From Escherichia coli (lineage in GTDB: Bacteria > Pseudomonadota > Gammaproteobacteria > Enterobacterales > Enterobacteriaceae), in NCBI RefSeq assembly GCF_044647545.1, contig NZ_CP172818.1: 64,000 bases of DNA; one strand, written 5' to 3'. The notes under the pieces are model-generated. The model ran no database searches. It saw only the letters and a list, made by a program, of their open reading frames with translations, and was not told the origin of the DNA. Position 1 is the stretch's first letter; each line of letters begins with the position of its first letter. A program made the position numbers and the translations under genes. This document shows positions 16,575 through 28,456 of this stretch, one piece after another.

Positions 16575-18029
16575 ATGGAACATCAGAGAAAACTATTCCA
16601 GCAACGCGGCTATAGCGAAGATCTATTGCCGAAAACGCAAAGCCAGCGGACCTGGAAAACATTTAACTATTTTACCTTATGGATGGGTTCGGTTCATAAC
16701 GTTCCCAATTATGTGATGGTCGGTGGCTTTTTTATTCTCGGCTTGTCTACCTTTAGTATTATGCTGGCAATTATCCTCAGCGCCTTTTTCATTGCCGCGG
16801 TAATGGTATTAAACGGTGCTGCGGGCAGTAAATACGGCGTACCGTTTGCCATGATCCTGCGTGCTTCTTATGGCGTACGTGGCGCACTGTTTCCCGGATT
16901 ATTAAGAGGCGGGATTGCTGCCATTATGTGGTTTGGCCTGCAATGTTACGCCGGATCGCTGGCCTGCTTGATCCTGATTGGCAAAATCTGGCCGGGATTT
17001 TTAACTCTCGGTGGTGATTTCACTCTGTTAGGCCTTTCTCTACCGGGCTTAATTACTTTCTTACTCTTCTGGCTGGTCAACGTTGGTATAGGTTTTGGCG
17101 GTGGCAAAGTTTTAAATAAATTCACTGCCATTCTTAACCCGTGCATCTATATCGTTTTCGGCGGTATGGCGATTTGGGCGATTTCGCTGGTCGGGCTCGG
17201 TCCAATCTTTGACTACATTCCGAGCGGTATTCAGAAAGCAGAAAACAGTGGATTCTTGTTCCTGGTGGTGATTAACGCGGTAGTTGCGGTCTGGGCGGCA
17301 CCGGCGGTGAGCGCATCCGACTTTACGCAAAACGCCCACTCGTTTCGTGAGCAAGCGCTGGGGCAAACGCTGGGTTTAGTTGTGGCCTATATTCTGTTTG
17401 CGGTCGCCGGGGTATGTATTATTGCCGGAGCCAGTATTCACTACGGCGCTGACACCTGGAACGTGCTGGATATTGTTCAGCGTTGGGACAGCCTGTTTGC
17501 CTCGTTCTTTGCGGTACTGGTTATTCTGATGACGACCATTTCCACTAACGCCACCGGTAATATTATTCCGGCCGGTTATCAGATTGCCGCTATTGCACCG
17601 ACGAAACTGACCTATAAAAACGGCGTACTGATTGCCAGTATTATCAGCCTGGTGATCTGCCCGTGGAAATTAATGGAAAATCAGGACAGTATTTATCTGT
17701 TCCTCGATATTATCGGCGGAATGCTGGGTCCGGTAATTGGTGTCATGATGGCGCATTATTTTATGGTGATGCGCGGACAAATTAATCTTGATGAACTGTA
17801 TACCGCAGCAGGTGATTTCAAATATTACGATAACGGCTTTAACCTTACCGCGTTCTCAGTAACTTTGGTCGCCGTTATTTTATCTCTCGGTGGTAAATTT
17901 ATTCCGTTCATGGAGCCTTTATCACGCGTTTCATGGTTTGTCGGCGTTATTGTCGCATTCGCTGCCTACGCGTTATTAAAAAAACGTACAGCAGCAGAAA
18001 AAACAGGAGAACAAAAAGTCACAGGTTAA
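16575..18029 (+). CDS. ybbW: Putative allantoin permease (NCS1 family)
   Basis: 484 aa polytopic membrane ORF between glxR and allB. Confidence 0.85.
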   Translation: MEHQRKLFQQRGYSEDLLPKTQSQRTWKTFNYFTLWMGSVHNVPNYVMVGGFFILGLSTFSIMLAIILSAFFIAAVMVLNGAAGSKYGVPFAMILRASYGVRGALFPGLLRGGIAAIMWFGLQCYAGSLACLILIGKIWPGFLTLGGDFTLLGLSLPGLITFLLFWLVNVGIGFGGGKVLNKFTAILNPCIYIVFGGMAIWAISLVGLGPIFDYIPSGIQKAENSGFLFLVVINAVVAVWAAPAVSASDFTQNAHSFREQALGQTLGLVVAYILFAVAGVCIIAGASIHYGADTWNVLDIVQRWDSLFASFFAVLVILMTTISTNATGNIIPAGYQIAAIAPTKLTYKNGVLIASIISLVICPWKLMENQDSIYLFLDIIGGMLGPVIGVMMAHYFMVMRGQINLDELYTAAGDFKYYDNGFNLTAFSVTLVAVILSLGGKFIPFMEPLSRVSWFVGVIVAFAAYALLKKRTAAEKTGEQKVTG

Positions 18030-18089
18030 TTAATCCCGATATTGAACATTGAGTTAAAAAACCAATCTGTATTTTACAAGGAGTTTGTT

Positions 18090-19451
18090 ATGTCTTTTGA
18101 TTTAATCATTAAAAACGGCACCGTTATTTTAGAAAACGAAGCTCGCGTTGTAGATATCGCCGTTAAAGGCGGAAAAATTGCTGCTATCGGTCAGGATCTG
18201 GGCGATGCAAAAGAAGTGATGGATGCGTCTGGTCTGGTGGTTTCTCCAGGCATGGTTGATGCGCACACCCATATTTCTGAGCCGGGTCGTAGCCACTGGG
18301 AAGGTTATGAAACTGGTACTCGCGCAGCGGCAAAAGGTGGTATCACCACCATGATCGAAATGCCGCTCAACCAGCTGCCAGCAACGGTTGACCGCGCTTC
18401 AATTGAACTGAAGTTCGATGCCGCTAAAGGCAAGCTGACTATCGATGCGGCACAACTCGGTGGCCTGGTGTCTTACAACATCGACCGTCTGCATGAGCTG
18501 GATGAAGTGGGCGTTGTCGGCTTCAAATGCTTCGTTGCGACCTGTGGCGATCGCGGTATCGACAACGACTTCCGTGATGTAAACGACTGGCAGTTCTTCA
18601 AAGGTGCGCAGAAGCTGGGCGAACTGGGGCAGCCGGTGCTGGTGCACTGCGAAAACGCGCTGATCTGTGACGAACTGGGCGAAGAAGCGAAGCGTGAAGG
18701 TCGCGTAACTGCTCATGACTATGTGGCTTCGCGTCCGGTATTTACCGAAGTGGAAGCGATTCGCCGCGTGCTGTATCTGGCGAAAGTTGCCGGTTGCCGT
18801 CTGCACGTTTGCCATATCAGCAGCCCGGAAGGCGTTGAAGAAGTGACTCGTGCACGTCAGGAAGGTCAGGACGTTACTTGTGAATCCTGCCCGCATTACT
18901 TTGTACTTGATACCGATCAGTTCGAAGAAATCGGTACTCTGGCGAAGTGTTCACCGCCGATCCGCGATCTGGAAAACCAGAAAGGCATGTGGGAAAAACT
19001 GTTTAACGGTGAAATCGACTGCCTGGTTTCCGACCACTCTCCATGTCCGCCGGAAATGAAAGCCGGCAATATCATGAAAGCATGGGGTGGTATCGCCGGT
19101 CTGCAAAGCTGCATGGACGTGATGTTCGATGAAGCGGTACAGAAACGCGGTATGTCTCTGCCGATGTTCGGCAAATTAATGGCGACTAACGCAGCAGATA
19201 TTTTCGGTCTGCAGCAAAAAGGCCGTATCGCCCCAGGAAAAGATGCCGACTTCGTCTTCATTCAGCCGAATAGCAGCTATGTTCTTACCAATGACGATCT
19301 GGAATATCGCCACAAAGTCAGCCCGTATGTTGGCCGTACCATTGGCGCGCGTATCACGAAAACCATCTTACGTGGTGATGTGATTTACGACATCGAACAG
19401 GGCTTCCCTGTTGCGCCGAAAGGTCAATTTATCCTTAAACATCAGCAGTAA
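18090..19451 (+). CDS. allB: Allantoinase (cyclic amidohydrolase)
   Basis: DAHTH metal-binding motif; start chosen at MSFDLII. Confidence 0.9.
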   Translation: MSFDLIIKNGTVILENEARVVDIAVKGGKIAAIGQDLGDAKEVMDASGLVVSPGMVDAHTHISEPGRSHWEGYETGTRAAAKGGITTMIEMPLNQLPATVDRASIELKFDAAKGKLTIDAAQLGGLVSYNIDRLHELDEVGVVGFKCFVATCGDRGIDNDFRDVNDWQFFKGAQKLGELGQPVLVHCENALICDELGEEAKREGRVTAHDYVASRPVFTEVEAIRRVLYLAKVAGCRLHVCHISSPEGVEEVTRARQEGQDVTCESCPHYFVLDTDQFEEIGTLAKCSPPIRDLENQKGMWEKLFNGEIDCLVSDHSPCPPEMKAGNIMKAWGGIAGLQSCMDVMFDEAVQKRGMSLPMFGKLMATNAADIFGLQQKGRIAPGKDADFVFIQPNSSYVLTNDDLEYRHKVSPYVGRTIGARITKTILRGDVIYDIEQGFPVAPKGQFILKHQQ

Positions 19452-19507
19452 TCTGGCCCCTGCAATGCCCGTCCTTGCGGCGGGCATTCTCCGGTTAAGG
19501 TGTTTTT

Positions 19508-20809
19508 ATGTTCAATTTTGCAGTCAGCCGCGAAAGCCTGTTATCAGGATTTCAGTGGTTTTTCTTTATTTTTTGCAACACGGTTGTGGTTCCTCCTACG
19601 CTACTTTCTGCTTTTCAGTTGCCGCAAAGTAGCCTGCTTACGCTCACGCAATATGCTTTTCTTGCTACCGCACTGGCCTGCTTCGCTCAGGCGTTCTGCG
19701 GTCATCGTCGCGCTATTATGGAGGGGCCGGGCGGCCTGTGGTGGGGAACCATCCTGACTATCACCCTTGGCGAAGCATCGCGCGGGACACCGATCAACGA
19801 TATCGCTACCAGTCTGGCGGTGGGAATTGCGCTCTCCGGCGTGCTGACGATGTTGATTGGTTTTAGCGGATTAGGCCATCGCCTGGCACGGTTATTTACG
19901 CCGTCGGTGATGGTCTTGTTTATGTTGATGCTGGGCGCGCAGCTGACCACTATCTTTTTCAAAGGTATGCTCGGGCTGCCGTTTGGCATAGCCGACCCGA
20001 ATTTTAAAATTCAGTTACCGCCGTTCGCGCTTTCGGTCGCGGTGATGTGCCTGGTACTGGCGATGATTATCTTTCTGCCGCAACGTTTTGCCCGTTATGG
20101 CCTGCTGGTCGGTACCATAACCGGCTGGTTGTTGTGGTACTTTTGCTTTCCTTCTTCGCATTCGCTCTCCGGTGAGTTGCACTGGCAGTGGTTCCCGCTC
20201 GGCAGTGGCGGTGCTTTGTCGCCGGGGATTATTCTGACGGCGGTGATTACAGGTCTGGTAAATATCAGCAATACCTACGGTGCGATTCGTGGCACGGATG
20301 TTTTTTATCCGCAGCAGGGCGCGGGGAATACACGTTATCGTCGCAGCTTTGTGGCGACCGGATTTATGACACTGATAACCGTGCCGCTGGCGGTAATTCC
20401 ATTTTCACCGTTTGTTTCATCCATTGGTTTATTAACCCAGACTGGCGATTACACGCGGCGTTCGTTTATTTATGGCAGCGTTATTTGCCTGCTGGTGGCA
20501 CTGGTTCCGGCACTCACGCGACTGTTTTGCAGTATCCCCTTACCGATGAGTAGCGCGGTCATGCTGGTTTCTTATCTGCCTTTACTCTTTTCCGCGCTGG
20601 TGTTTAGCCAGCAAATCACGTTTACCGCTCGCAATATTTATCGACTCGCATTGCCGTTATTTGTCGGCATATTTTTAATGGCATTACCGCCTGTGTATCT
20701 GCAAGACCTTCCATTAACGCTTCGTCCTCTGCTCAGTAACGGCTTACTGGTCGGAATTTTACTGGCTGTTCTTATGGATAATCTTATTCCGTGGGAACGC
20801 ATCGAATAA
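19508..20809 (+). CDS. ybbY: Putative purine/uracil permease family transporter
   Basis: 433 aa polytopic membrane ORF. Confidence 0.8.
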   Translation: MFNFAVSRESLLSGFQWFFFIFCNTVVVPPTLLSAFQLPQSSLLTLTQYAFLATALACFAQAFCGHRRAIMEGPGGLWWGTILTITLGEASRGTPINDIATSLAVGIALSGVLTMLIGFSGLGHRLARLFTPSVMVLFMLMLGAQLTTIFFKGMLGLPFGIADPNFKIQLPPFALSVAVMCLVLAMIIFLPQRFARYGLLVGTITGWLLWYFCFPSSHSLSGELHWQWFPLGSGGALSPGIILTAVITGLVNISNTYGAIRGTDVFYPQQGAGNTRYRRSFVATGFMTLITVPLAVIPFSPFVSSIGLLTQTGDYTRRSFIYGSVICLLVALVPALTRLFCSIPLPMSSAVMLVSYLPLLFSALVFSQQITFTARNIYRLALPLFVGIFLMALPPVYLQDLPLTLRPLLSNGLLVGILLAVLMDNLIPWERIE

Positions 20810-20830
20810 TTTGTTGAAAAAGGATTGATA

Positions 20831-21976
20831 ATGAAGATTGTCATTGCGCCAGACTCGTTTAAAGAGAGCTTAAGTGCAGAAAAATGTTGTCAGGCAATTA
20901 AAGCCGGGTTTTCGACCCTCTTTCCCGATGCGCACTATATCTGTTTACCGATAGCGGATGGCGGCGAAGGGACAGTGGATGCGATGGTCGCCGCGACGGG
21001 CGGCAACATCGTGACGCTTGAAGTCTGCGGGCCGATGGGCGAAAAAGTGAATGCTTTTTATGGCATTACCGGCGACGGGAAAACGGCGGTGATTGAGATG
21101 GCTGCGGCAAGCGGCCTGATGCTGGTCGCGCCTGAAAAGCGTAATCCGTTGCTGGCCTCCAGTTTTGGTACGGGGGAGTTAATTCGCCATGCGCTGGATA
21201 ACGGCATTCGCCATATTATTCTCGGCATTGGTGGTAGCGCGACGGTTGACGGCGGTATGGGCATGGCGCAGGCGCTCGGTGTGCGTTTCCTTGATGCCTA
21301 CGGTCAGGTGCTGGCGGCTAACGGCGGCAATTTAGCACGCGTGGCAAGTATTGAGATGGATGAATGCGATCCGCGTCTGGCGAACTGCCATATTGAAGTC
21401 GCATGTGATGTTAATAATCCGCTGGTAGGGGCACGCGGCGCGGCGGCGGTGTTCGGCCCGCAAAAAGGGGCAACGCCGGAAATGGTCGAAGAGCTGGAGC
21501 AGGGGCTGCAAAATTACGCCCGTGTTTTACAACAGCAAACTGAAATCAACGTCTGCCAGATGGCGGGTGGTGGCGCGGCGGGCGGTATGGGCATTGCGGC
21601 GGCGGTATTCCTCAATGCGGATATTAAACCGGGTATTGAGATTGTGTTGAATGCGGTCAATCTTGCGCAGGCAGTGCAGGGTGCAGCACTGGTGATCACC
21701 GGGGAAGGGCGCATCGACTCGCAAACGGCAGGCGGTAAAGCGCCGCTGGGCGTGGCGTCGGTGGCGAAGCAGTTTAATGTCCCGGTGATTGGGATTGCTG
21801 GCGTATTGGGTGATGGCGTGGAAGTGGTGCACCAGTACGGCATTGATGCGGTATTCAGCATTTTGCCACGTCTGGCTCCTTTAGCCGAAGTGCTCGCCAG
21901 CGGTGAAACCAATCTCTTCAACAGTGCGCGAAATATTGCCTGCGCCATTAAAATAGGTCAGGGAATTAAAAACTGA
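20831..21976 (+). CDS. glxK: Glycerate 2-kinase
   Basis: Glycerate kinase family ORF starting [11 protein letters not shown]. Confidence 0.9.
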   Translation: MKIVIAPDSFKESLSAEKCCQAIKAGFSTLFPDAHYICLPIADGGEGTVDAMVAATGGNIVTLEVCGPMGEKVNAFYGITGDGKTAVIEMAAASGLMLVAPEKRNPLLASSFGTGELIRHALDNGIRHIILGIGGSATVDGGMGMAQALGVRFLDAYGQVLAANGGNLARVASIEMDECDPRLANCHIEVACDVNNPLVGARGAAAVFGPQKGATPEMVEELEQGLQNYARVLQQQTEINVCQMAGGGAAGGMGIAAAVFLNADIKPGIEIVLNAVNLAQAVQGAALVITGEGRIDSQTAGGKAPLGVASVAKQFNVPVIGIAGVLGDGVEVVHQYGIDAVFSILPRLAPLAEVLASGETNLFNSARNIACAIKIGQGIKN

Positions 21977-22090
21977 CTATTACCTTTAAAGCGGATGCGA
22001 TTTATATCGCATATTGACTACAAAAAAAGCCACGGAATAAACCGTGGCAAAATCCAACATAGCTAAAAATAATCAGGCGAGTGGTATGAC

Positions 22091-22876
22091 TTAAATCTCT
22101 ACGTCGCGGTTGCAATCTTTCGAGTAAATATAGCTGAACGCTTCACCACGCCCTACGCCATAACCAGCCTGTAAAGAATAAGCGCCCATAAAGATGTAAT
22201 CGCCTTTTTTCACCGGGATCCAGTTATTGTCGAGGTTATAAACCCCCTGACCGGAAAGAATATAGGCACCGTGTTCCTGAACGTGGGTTTCGATATAACC
22301 GTGGCTGGCACCTGGTGCAAAAGAGAGGATATGCATGTTCATATCAAAACCTAACTCTTTGGGCAGAAAATCCAGCAGAATAACATCGTCCATGCCTTCA
22401 TAATGAATGCGTTCCAGTTCGCTGGCATTGCCAGAAACCAGCCACGGCGCATGACCTTCGACCGGAATATAGCGACGCTTATATAAAAAGATTTGGCTGT
22501 CTTCGGCCTGGGCGTTAACAAACGTCATTAAGGAGCCTGGCGGGCAATAAAGATAGCCACCTTCACTTAAGGTAAATGTTTTCCCTTCGGCTTTGGCAGT
22601 GATATTTCCAGAGATCACATACAGGAACGTTTCAATTCCTTCACCACCGAAGCCCTGTTGGTTGCCGCCGTTTTGATGTAGTGTGACCAGATAATCAACA
22701 AAAGAGGCCCCCAGCTTTGGCGTGGAGAGGATTGTCGCGTCACAATTTTCAAAGCCCGGAATAATATTTTTTACCAGACCGTCCGGGGTTAGCAGCGCGA
22801 AATTACCGTGTTTCACAATCGCACGGTTAGCCAGTAAATCATCGCGGTAACCGGTGACGTTATTTAAATATCCCAT
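22091..22876 (-). CDS. allE: (S)-ureidoglycine aminohydrolase (cupin)
   Basis: 261 aa bicupin ORF upstream of allC in same orientation. Confidence 0.85.
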   Translation of the reverse strand: MGYLNNVTGYRDDLLANRAIVKHGNFALLTPDGLVKNIIPGFENCDATILSTPKLGASFVDYLVTLHQNGGNQQGFGGEGIETFLYVISGNITAKAEGKTFTLSEGGYLYCPPGSLMTFVNAQAEDSQIFLYKRRYIPVEGHAPWLVSGNASELERIHYEGMDDVILLDFLPKELGFDMNMHILSFAPGASHGYIETHVQEHGAYILSGQGVYNLDNNWIPVKKGDYIFMGAYSLQAGYGVGRGEAFSYIYSKDCNRDVEI

Positions 22877-22886
22877 TTATAACTCC

Positions 22887-24122
22887 TTATTTCTGCCAGG
22901 CAAGTTGATAAAGCATGAGTGCCAACGTTTTGACCCCTTCGGCAAGGTCGGTAATATTGGTGCGTTCCGCCGGGTTATGGCTGATCCCGTTGATGCTGGG
23001 AATGAAAATCATGCAGGTCGGCACGCGAGGCGCGAAAATTTGTGCGTCGTGCCCGGCACCACTGTGCATTACCCGGTAATTCAGTTTTTCGCTTTCACAC
23101 AATTCTGTCAGGGTGGCGACAAGCTCCTTGTTCATCGGCACGGGTTCTTCGTCCATCCATAAATCGATATCAATACCAATGTCCATTTCATCGCAAATCG
23201 CCCGCATGTCGTTTTCTAACTGTTGGGTAAAATCGCGCAACACGGCAGTGTCGGTATGACGACAATCAATAGTGAACGTGGTTTTACCCGGCACTACATT
23301 CACCGTATTCGGGCGCGGCTCCACCTTGCCAAAGGTCAGCACCAGCGGATCGCCCATCTTTTTCGCTTTCTCAACTGACTGATGGCAAATGCGACTGAAA
23401 GCGTAAACCGTATCACGACGATAACCCATCGGCGTGGTGCCTGCATGGTTTGATTCGCCGTTCAGCGTCACCGTATAGCGACGTTGTCCGACAATTGCAT
23501 TCACCACGCCAATTGACTGACCATTACTTTCCAGCACACAACCCTGTTCGATATGCAGTTCGACAAAGGCTTTAATATCCTGACGCGGAGTTAGTGGGGC
23601 GTTCGGCAGAGTAAATCCGCAAGCCTTCATTGCATCGACAAAACTATTTCCTTTGGCATCACAGATATTCCGCACGTCGTCAGGATTCGCCAGCCCAAAG
23701 ATATTTTTACTGCCCCAGAAGACATACGGGAAGCGGCTGCCTTCTTCTTCCGCCATTGCCACCACTTCGACCGTTCGCAGCGGCGCGCCGTATTGCGTTT
23801 TCAGCCAGTCAATCGCCAGCCACGCCGCCAGTGCGCCGAATTGTCCGTCGAGGTTACCGCCGTTAACCACGGTATCAATATGCGAACCGCTCAGAATCAC
23901 TTCCTGAGGGTATTCGCTGCCGTTCAGGCGGCCGTATAAATTCCCCACTTCATCGAAACGTGTTTCCAGCCCACTTGCTGCCATTCTTTTTTTAAATTGC
24001 TGCTGGGTTTCCAGCCACTCCGGCGAATAAAGTAAACGGGTCATTCCACCCGTTGGGTCAGCACCAAAAGAGGAAAGCCAGGGCAGCGTTTCTTCTATGG
24101 CTTGACGGAAATGTGTAATCAT
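22887..24122 (-). CDS. allC: Allantoate amidohydrolase (M20 peptidase family)
   Basis: M20-family ORF; start chosen at MITHFRQ. Confidence 0.9.
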   Translation of the reverse strand: MITHFRQAIEETLPWLSSFGADPTGGMTRLLYSPEWLETQQQFKKRMAASGLETRFDEVGNLYGRLNGSEYPQEVILSGSHIDTVVNGGNLDGQFGALAAWLAIDWLKTQYGAPLRTVEVVAMAEEEGSRFPYVFWGSKNIFGLANPDDVRNICDAKGNSFVDAMKACGFTLPNAPLTPRQDIKAFVELHIEQGCVLESNGQSIGVVNAIVGQRRYTVTLNGESNHAGTTPMGYRRDTVYAFSRICHQSVEKAKKMGDPLVLTFGKVEPRPNTVNVVPGKTTFTIDCRHTDTAVLRDFTQQLENDMRAICDEMDIGIDIDLWMDEEPVPMNKELVATLTELCESEKLNYRVMHSGAGHDAQIFAPRVPTCMIFIPSINGISHNPAERTNITDLAEGVKTLALMLYQLAWQK

Positions 24123-24143
24123 AAGAAAGTCCTGTCTCAACAA

Positions 24144-25193
24144 TTATTGCGCAAAGGGATTTTTCGTTTCGTATGACGTGTTATAAAGCGCGTCGGAAAT
24201 TAAATACTGGTAAATATCATCAACAATTTCGATGCCTTCGACGGCGGTTTTGCGTTGTTTAATATCCTGATCCTGTCCGGGATAATAAACCTGGTTAAAA
24301 CCGGGCGCGGGGGTAATGGCATTTAATTCGCGCATGGTCTGGCTAAGATGTTGACGGAATAATTCGCTGGAGGAGAAAAAGTTCGGATTAATAACTACAT
24401 GTAATTGCCCCAAATTACGTCCGGCGTGTAAATCGTCATACATCGAACTGACCTGACGCCCGAACGGTAAGCCGAGTAAGACGCCTGAGAGGACGTCGAT
24501 CATCATCATCAGGCCATAACCTTTCGGTCCGGCAGCCGGGAGCAGGGCGTTAACCGCGAAGGGATCGGTTGTTGGTGCACCGTTTTTATCGACCGCCCAG
24601 GTATCCGGGATAGACATATTACGCGAGCGGGCGTCGAGCACTTTTCCCCATGCCTGTACGGTAGTCGCCATATCAAAGGTAAGAATCTCGTCGCCTTTTC
24701 CCGGCGCGGCAAAGGCCAGTGGGTTAGTGCCGTAGTAAATTTCCGCGCCGCCAAACGGCACCACCATTGGATCGGACTGGCACATCGAAATGCCAATCAA
24801 TCCGGCGCGGGCTGCCTGCTGCACAAAATAAGAGATTGCGCCGCTGTGACCCATCCGGCTGATACCGACCACTGCAACGCCATTTTGCTGGGCAGTTTTG
24901 ATGGCATGTTCCATGCCCATTTTCGCCGCGACCTGTCCGGCGGCATTGTCGGCATGCAAAATTGCTGAACATGGCCCGGTTTCTTCAAGACGAAACTCCG
25001 GTTCGCGGTTGGTGCCGCCTTTTGAAATGCGTTCTGCGTAGTATTCAACGCGCACCGCGCCATGAGAGTGGATCCCTCTGGCATCGGCGTAAACCAATAC
25101 TTCAGCCACGGTTGCAGCGTGCTCACGTTTTAACCCAGCCTGGCAGAGTTTATTCTCGATTAGCTGGTGGAGTGTTTCCCGACTGATTTTCAT
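24144..25193 (-). CDS. allD: Ureidoglycolate dehydrogenase
   Basis: 349 aa Ldh2-family ORF. Confidence 0.9.
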   Translation of the reverse strand: MKISRETLHQLIENKLCQAGLKREHAATVAEVLVYADARGIHSHGAVRVEYYAERISKGGTNREPEFRLEETGPCSAILHADNAAGQVAAKMGMEHAIKTAQQNGVAVVGISRMGHSGAISYFVQQAARAGLIGISMCQSDPMVVPFGGAEIYYGTNPLAFAAPGKGDEILTFDMATTVQAWGKVLDARSRNMSIPDTWAVDKNGAPTTDPFAVNALLPAAGPKGYGLMMMIDVLSGVLLGLPFGRQVSSMYDDLHAGRNLGQLHVVINPNFFSSSELFRQHLSQTMRELNAITPAPGFNQVYYPGQDQDIKQRKTAVEGIEIVDDIYQYLISDALYNTSYETKNPFAQ

Positions 25194-25509
25194 CTGTCTT
25201 CCTTTTTAACGACGGTGTGAAGCATGACTGCAATTAACATACAGGGAAAATATCTGGATTATGTGATCCAGACAGGCAAAAAAATATAGTTAGAATTTAT
25301 TTGATAATCCGCTCGCTTTTAACCTGGTTTTTAAAACAACTATGCTTATTAAAAAATAACGCGTAATAGTCTGGCGGTTATTTGAATTCTTTTGTTAATA
25401 ATCCCTGTGTGATATTCATCACCTTATTTACTCGTTGTCATCGATACCGTAATCGCCACATTAACACTGCTCGTGCAATTGCCATGGGTGCAATTTTTAA
25501 GGAGTTGTT

Positions 25510-27177
25510 ATGATCCACGCCTTTATTCAAAAAGGGTGTTTTCAGGATTCGGTCAGTTTAATGATTATTTCACGAAAACTCAGCGAATCAGAAAATGTTG
25601 ATGATGTTTCCGTAATGATGGGTACGCCCGCCAATAAAGCGTTATTAGATACCACAGGTTTCTGGCATGACGATTTTAATAACGCCACGCCGAACGATAT
25701 TTGCGTGGCAATTCGTAGCGAAGCGGCGGATGCGGGGATCGCGCAGGCGATTATGCAGCAGCTTGAAGAGGCGCTAAAACAACTGGCGCAGGGGTCAGGC
25801 AGCAGCCAGGCGTTGACGCAGGTGCGTCGCTGGGACAGTGCCTGTCAGAAATTACCCGACGCCAGTCTGGCGCTGATTTCAGTGGCTGGCGAGTATGCGG
25901 CGGAGGTTGCGAACCAGGCGCTGGATCGCAACCTCAACGTGATGATGTTCTCCGATAACGTCACGCTGGAAGATGAAATCCAGCTCAAAACCCGCGCACG
26001 CGATAAAGGCTTGCTGGTGATGGGGCCAGACTGCGGTACGTCGATGATTGCCGCCACGCCGCTGGCTTTTGCTAACGTGATGCCGGAAGGCAACATTGGC
26101 GTCATTGGCGCTTCCGGTACCGGGATTCAGGAACTGTGCTCGCAGATTGCGCTTGCAGGGGAGGGAATTACCCACGCGATTGGTCTTGGCGGGCGCGACC
26201 TCAGCCGTGAAGTGGGCGGCATCAGTGCGCTAACGGCGCTGGAAATGTTATGCACCGATGCGAAAAGCGAAGTGCTGGCATTTGTTTCAAAACCACCTGC
26301 CGAAGTTGTGCGTCTGAAAATTGTTAATGCCATGAAAGCAACCGGCAAACCGACGGTGGCGCTGTTTTTAGGTTATACCCCGGCGGTGGCCCGCGACGAG
26401 AATGTCTGGTTTGCCTCCTCGCTTGATGAGGCCGCACGCCTGGCTTGCCTGCTTTCACGCGTCACGGCGCGACGTAACGCAATAGCACCTGTCAGCAGCG
26501 GATTTATTTGCGGTTTGTATACCGGCGGTACGCTGGCTGCTGAAGCGGCGGGATTACTTGCCGGACACCTTGGCGTGGAAGCCGACGATACCCATCAACA
26601 TGGCATGATGCTCGACGCCGACGGACATCAGATCCTCGACCTGGGCGATGATTTTTACACCGTCGGGCGTCCCCATCCGATGATCGACCCGACCTTACGC
26701 AACCTGTTAATTGCCGATCTCGGCGCTAAACCGCAAGTGCGCGTGTTGCTGCTTGATGTCGTGATTGGCTTCGGTGCGACTGCCGATCCTGCCGCCTCGC
26801 TGGTGAGCGCCTGGCAAAAAGCCTGTGCCGCGCGTCCAGACAATCAACCACTGTATGCCATTGCCACGGTGACAGGCACCGAACGTGACCCGCAATGCCG
26901 CTCGCAACAAATCGCCACGCTGGAAGATGCGGGGATCGCGGTCGTGAGTTCGCTGCCGGAAGCCACCTTGCTGGCGGCAGCGTTAATTCATCCGCTCTCG
27001 CCTGCCACACAGCAACACACACCGTCATTACTGGAAAACGTCGCCGTGATTAACATCGGATTACGCAGCTTTGCGCTGGCGCTACAAAGCGCCAGCAAAC
27101 CGGTTGTGCATTACCAATGGTCGCCAGTCGCCGGCGGCAATAAAAAACTGGCTCGTTTATTAGAACGTTTGCAATAA
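25510..27177 (+). CDS. fdrA: FdrA, acyl-CoA synthetase/succinyl-CoA synthetase alpha-like protein
   Basis: 555 aa ORF with CoA-binding GASGTG motif. Confidence 0.85.
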   Translation: MIHAFIQKGCFQDSVSLMIISRKLSESENVDDVSVMMGTPANKALLDTTGFWHDDFNNATPNDICVAIRSEAADAGIAQAIMQQLEEALKQLAQGSGSSQALTQVRRWDSACQKLPDASLALISVAGEYAAEVANQALDRNLNVMMFSDNVTLEDEIQLKTRARDKGLLVMGPDCGTSMIAATPLAFANVMPEGNIGVIGASGTGIQELCSQIALAGEGITHAIGLGGRDLSREVGGISALTALEMLCTDAKSEVLAFVSKPPAEVVRLKIVNAMKATGKPTVALFLGYTPAVARDENVWFASSLDEAARLACLLSRVTARRNAIAPVSSGFICGLYTGGTLAAEAAGLLAGHLGVEADDTHQHGMMLDADGHQILDLGDDFYTVGRPHPMIDPTLRNLLIADLGAKPQVRVLLLDVVIGFGATADPAASLVSAWQKACAARPDNQPLYAIATVTGTERDPQCRSQQIATLEDAGIAVVSSLPEATLLAAALIHPLSPATQQHTPSLLENVAVINIGLRSFALALQSASKPVVHYQWSPVAGGNKKLARLLERLQ

Positions 27178-27186
27178 GGGGTTCCC

Positions 27187-28446
27187 ATGTTTACATCAGT
27201 GGCGCAAGCCAATGCTGCGGTTATCGAACAAATTCGTCGTGCTCGTCCACACTGGCTGGATGTGCAACCGGCTTCTTCACTTATCAGCGAACTAAACGAG
27301 GGCAAAACACTGCTTCACGCCGGGCCGCCAATGCGCTGGCAGGAGATGACCGGACCCATGAAAGGGGCATGTGTGGGCGCATGTCTGTTTGAAGGCTGGG
27401 CGAAAGATGAAGCGCAGGCGCTGGCAATGCTGGATCAGGGGGAAGTGAACTTCATTCCTTGTCACCATGTGAATGCCGTCGGGCCAATGGGCGGCATTAC
27501 TTCTGCCAGTATGCCGATGCTGGTGGTCGAGAACGTGACCGACGGCAACCGGGCGTACTGCAACCTCAACGAAGGTATCGGCAAAGTGATGCGTTTTGGC
27601 GCTTACGGCGAAGATGTTCTGACTCGCCATCGCTGGATGCGCGATGTGTTAATGCCAGTATTAAGCGCGGCGCTGGGGCGCATGGAGCGCGGTATCGATC
27701 TCACCGCGATGATGGCGCAGGGCATTACCATGGGCGATGAGTTCCATCAACGCAATATTGCTTCCTCAGCACTGTTAATGCGTGCGCTGGCCCCACACAT
27801 TGCTCGCCTCGATCATGATAAACAGCACATCGCGGAAGTGATGGATTTCCTCAGCGTGACCGATCAGTTCTTCCTTAACCTCGCGATGGCTTACTGCAAG
27901 GCGGCGATGGATGCTGGTGCGATGATCCGCGCAGGCAGCATCGTCACGGCTATGACCCGCAACGGCAATATGTTCGGGATTCGGGTAAGCGGGCTGGGCG
28001 AACGCTGGTTTACTGCGCCTGTAAACACTCCCCAAGGGCTGTTTTTCACCGGCTTCTCGCAGGAGCAGGCGAACCCGGATATGGGCGATAGCGCAATTAC
28101 CGAAACCTTTGGTATTGGCGGTGCGGCGATGATCGCAGCGCCTGGCGTAACGCGCTTTGTCGGTGCGGGTGGCATGGAAGCGGCCAGAGCGGTATCTGAA
28201 GAGATGGCGGAAATCTTCCTTGAACGCAATATGCAGTTGCAGATCCCCGGCTGGGATTTCCAGGGCGCGTGCCTGGGGCTGGATATTCGTCGCGTGGTAG
28301 AAACCGGCATTACGCCGCTCATCAATACCGGAATCGCCCATAAAGAGGCGGGGATCGGGCAGATTGGCGCAGGCACTGTGCGGGCACCGTTGGCCTGCTT
28401 TGAACAAGCGCTGGAAGCACTGGCTGAAAGCATGGGGATAGGTTGA
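27187..28446 (+). CDS. ylbE: DUF1116 protein YlbE (single intact 419-codon frame)
   Basis: ORF tightly following fdrA. Confidence 0.8.
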   Translation: MFTSVAQANAAVIEQIRRARPHWLDVQPASSLISELNEGKTLLHAGPPMRWQEMTGPMKGACVGACLFEGWAKDEAQALAMLDQGEVNFIPCHHVNAVGPMGGITSASMPMLVVENVTDGNRAYCNLNEGIGKVMRFGAYGEDVLTRHRWMRDVLMPVLSAALGRMERGIDLTAMMAQGITMGDEFHQRNIASSALLMRALAPHIARLDHDKQHIAEVMDFLSVTDQFFLNLAMAYCKAAMDAGAMIRAGSIVTAMTRNGNMFGIRVSGLGERWFTAPVNTPQGLFFTGFSQEQANPDMGDSAITETFGIGGAAMIAAPGVTRFVGAGGMEAARAVSEEMAEIFLERNMQLQIPGWDFQGACLGLDIRRVVETGITPLINTGIAHKEAGIGQIGAGTVRAPLACFEQALEALAESMGIG

Positions 28447-28456
28447 GGAACGCGCA

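Noticed and set aside
27187-28446. Whether an intact ylbE frame is notable
   Set aside because: I only vaguely recall ylbE being split in some K-12 reference annotations; not confident enough to report as a finding.
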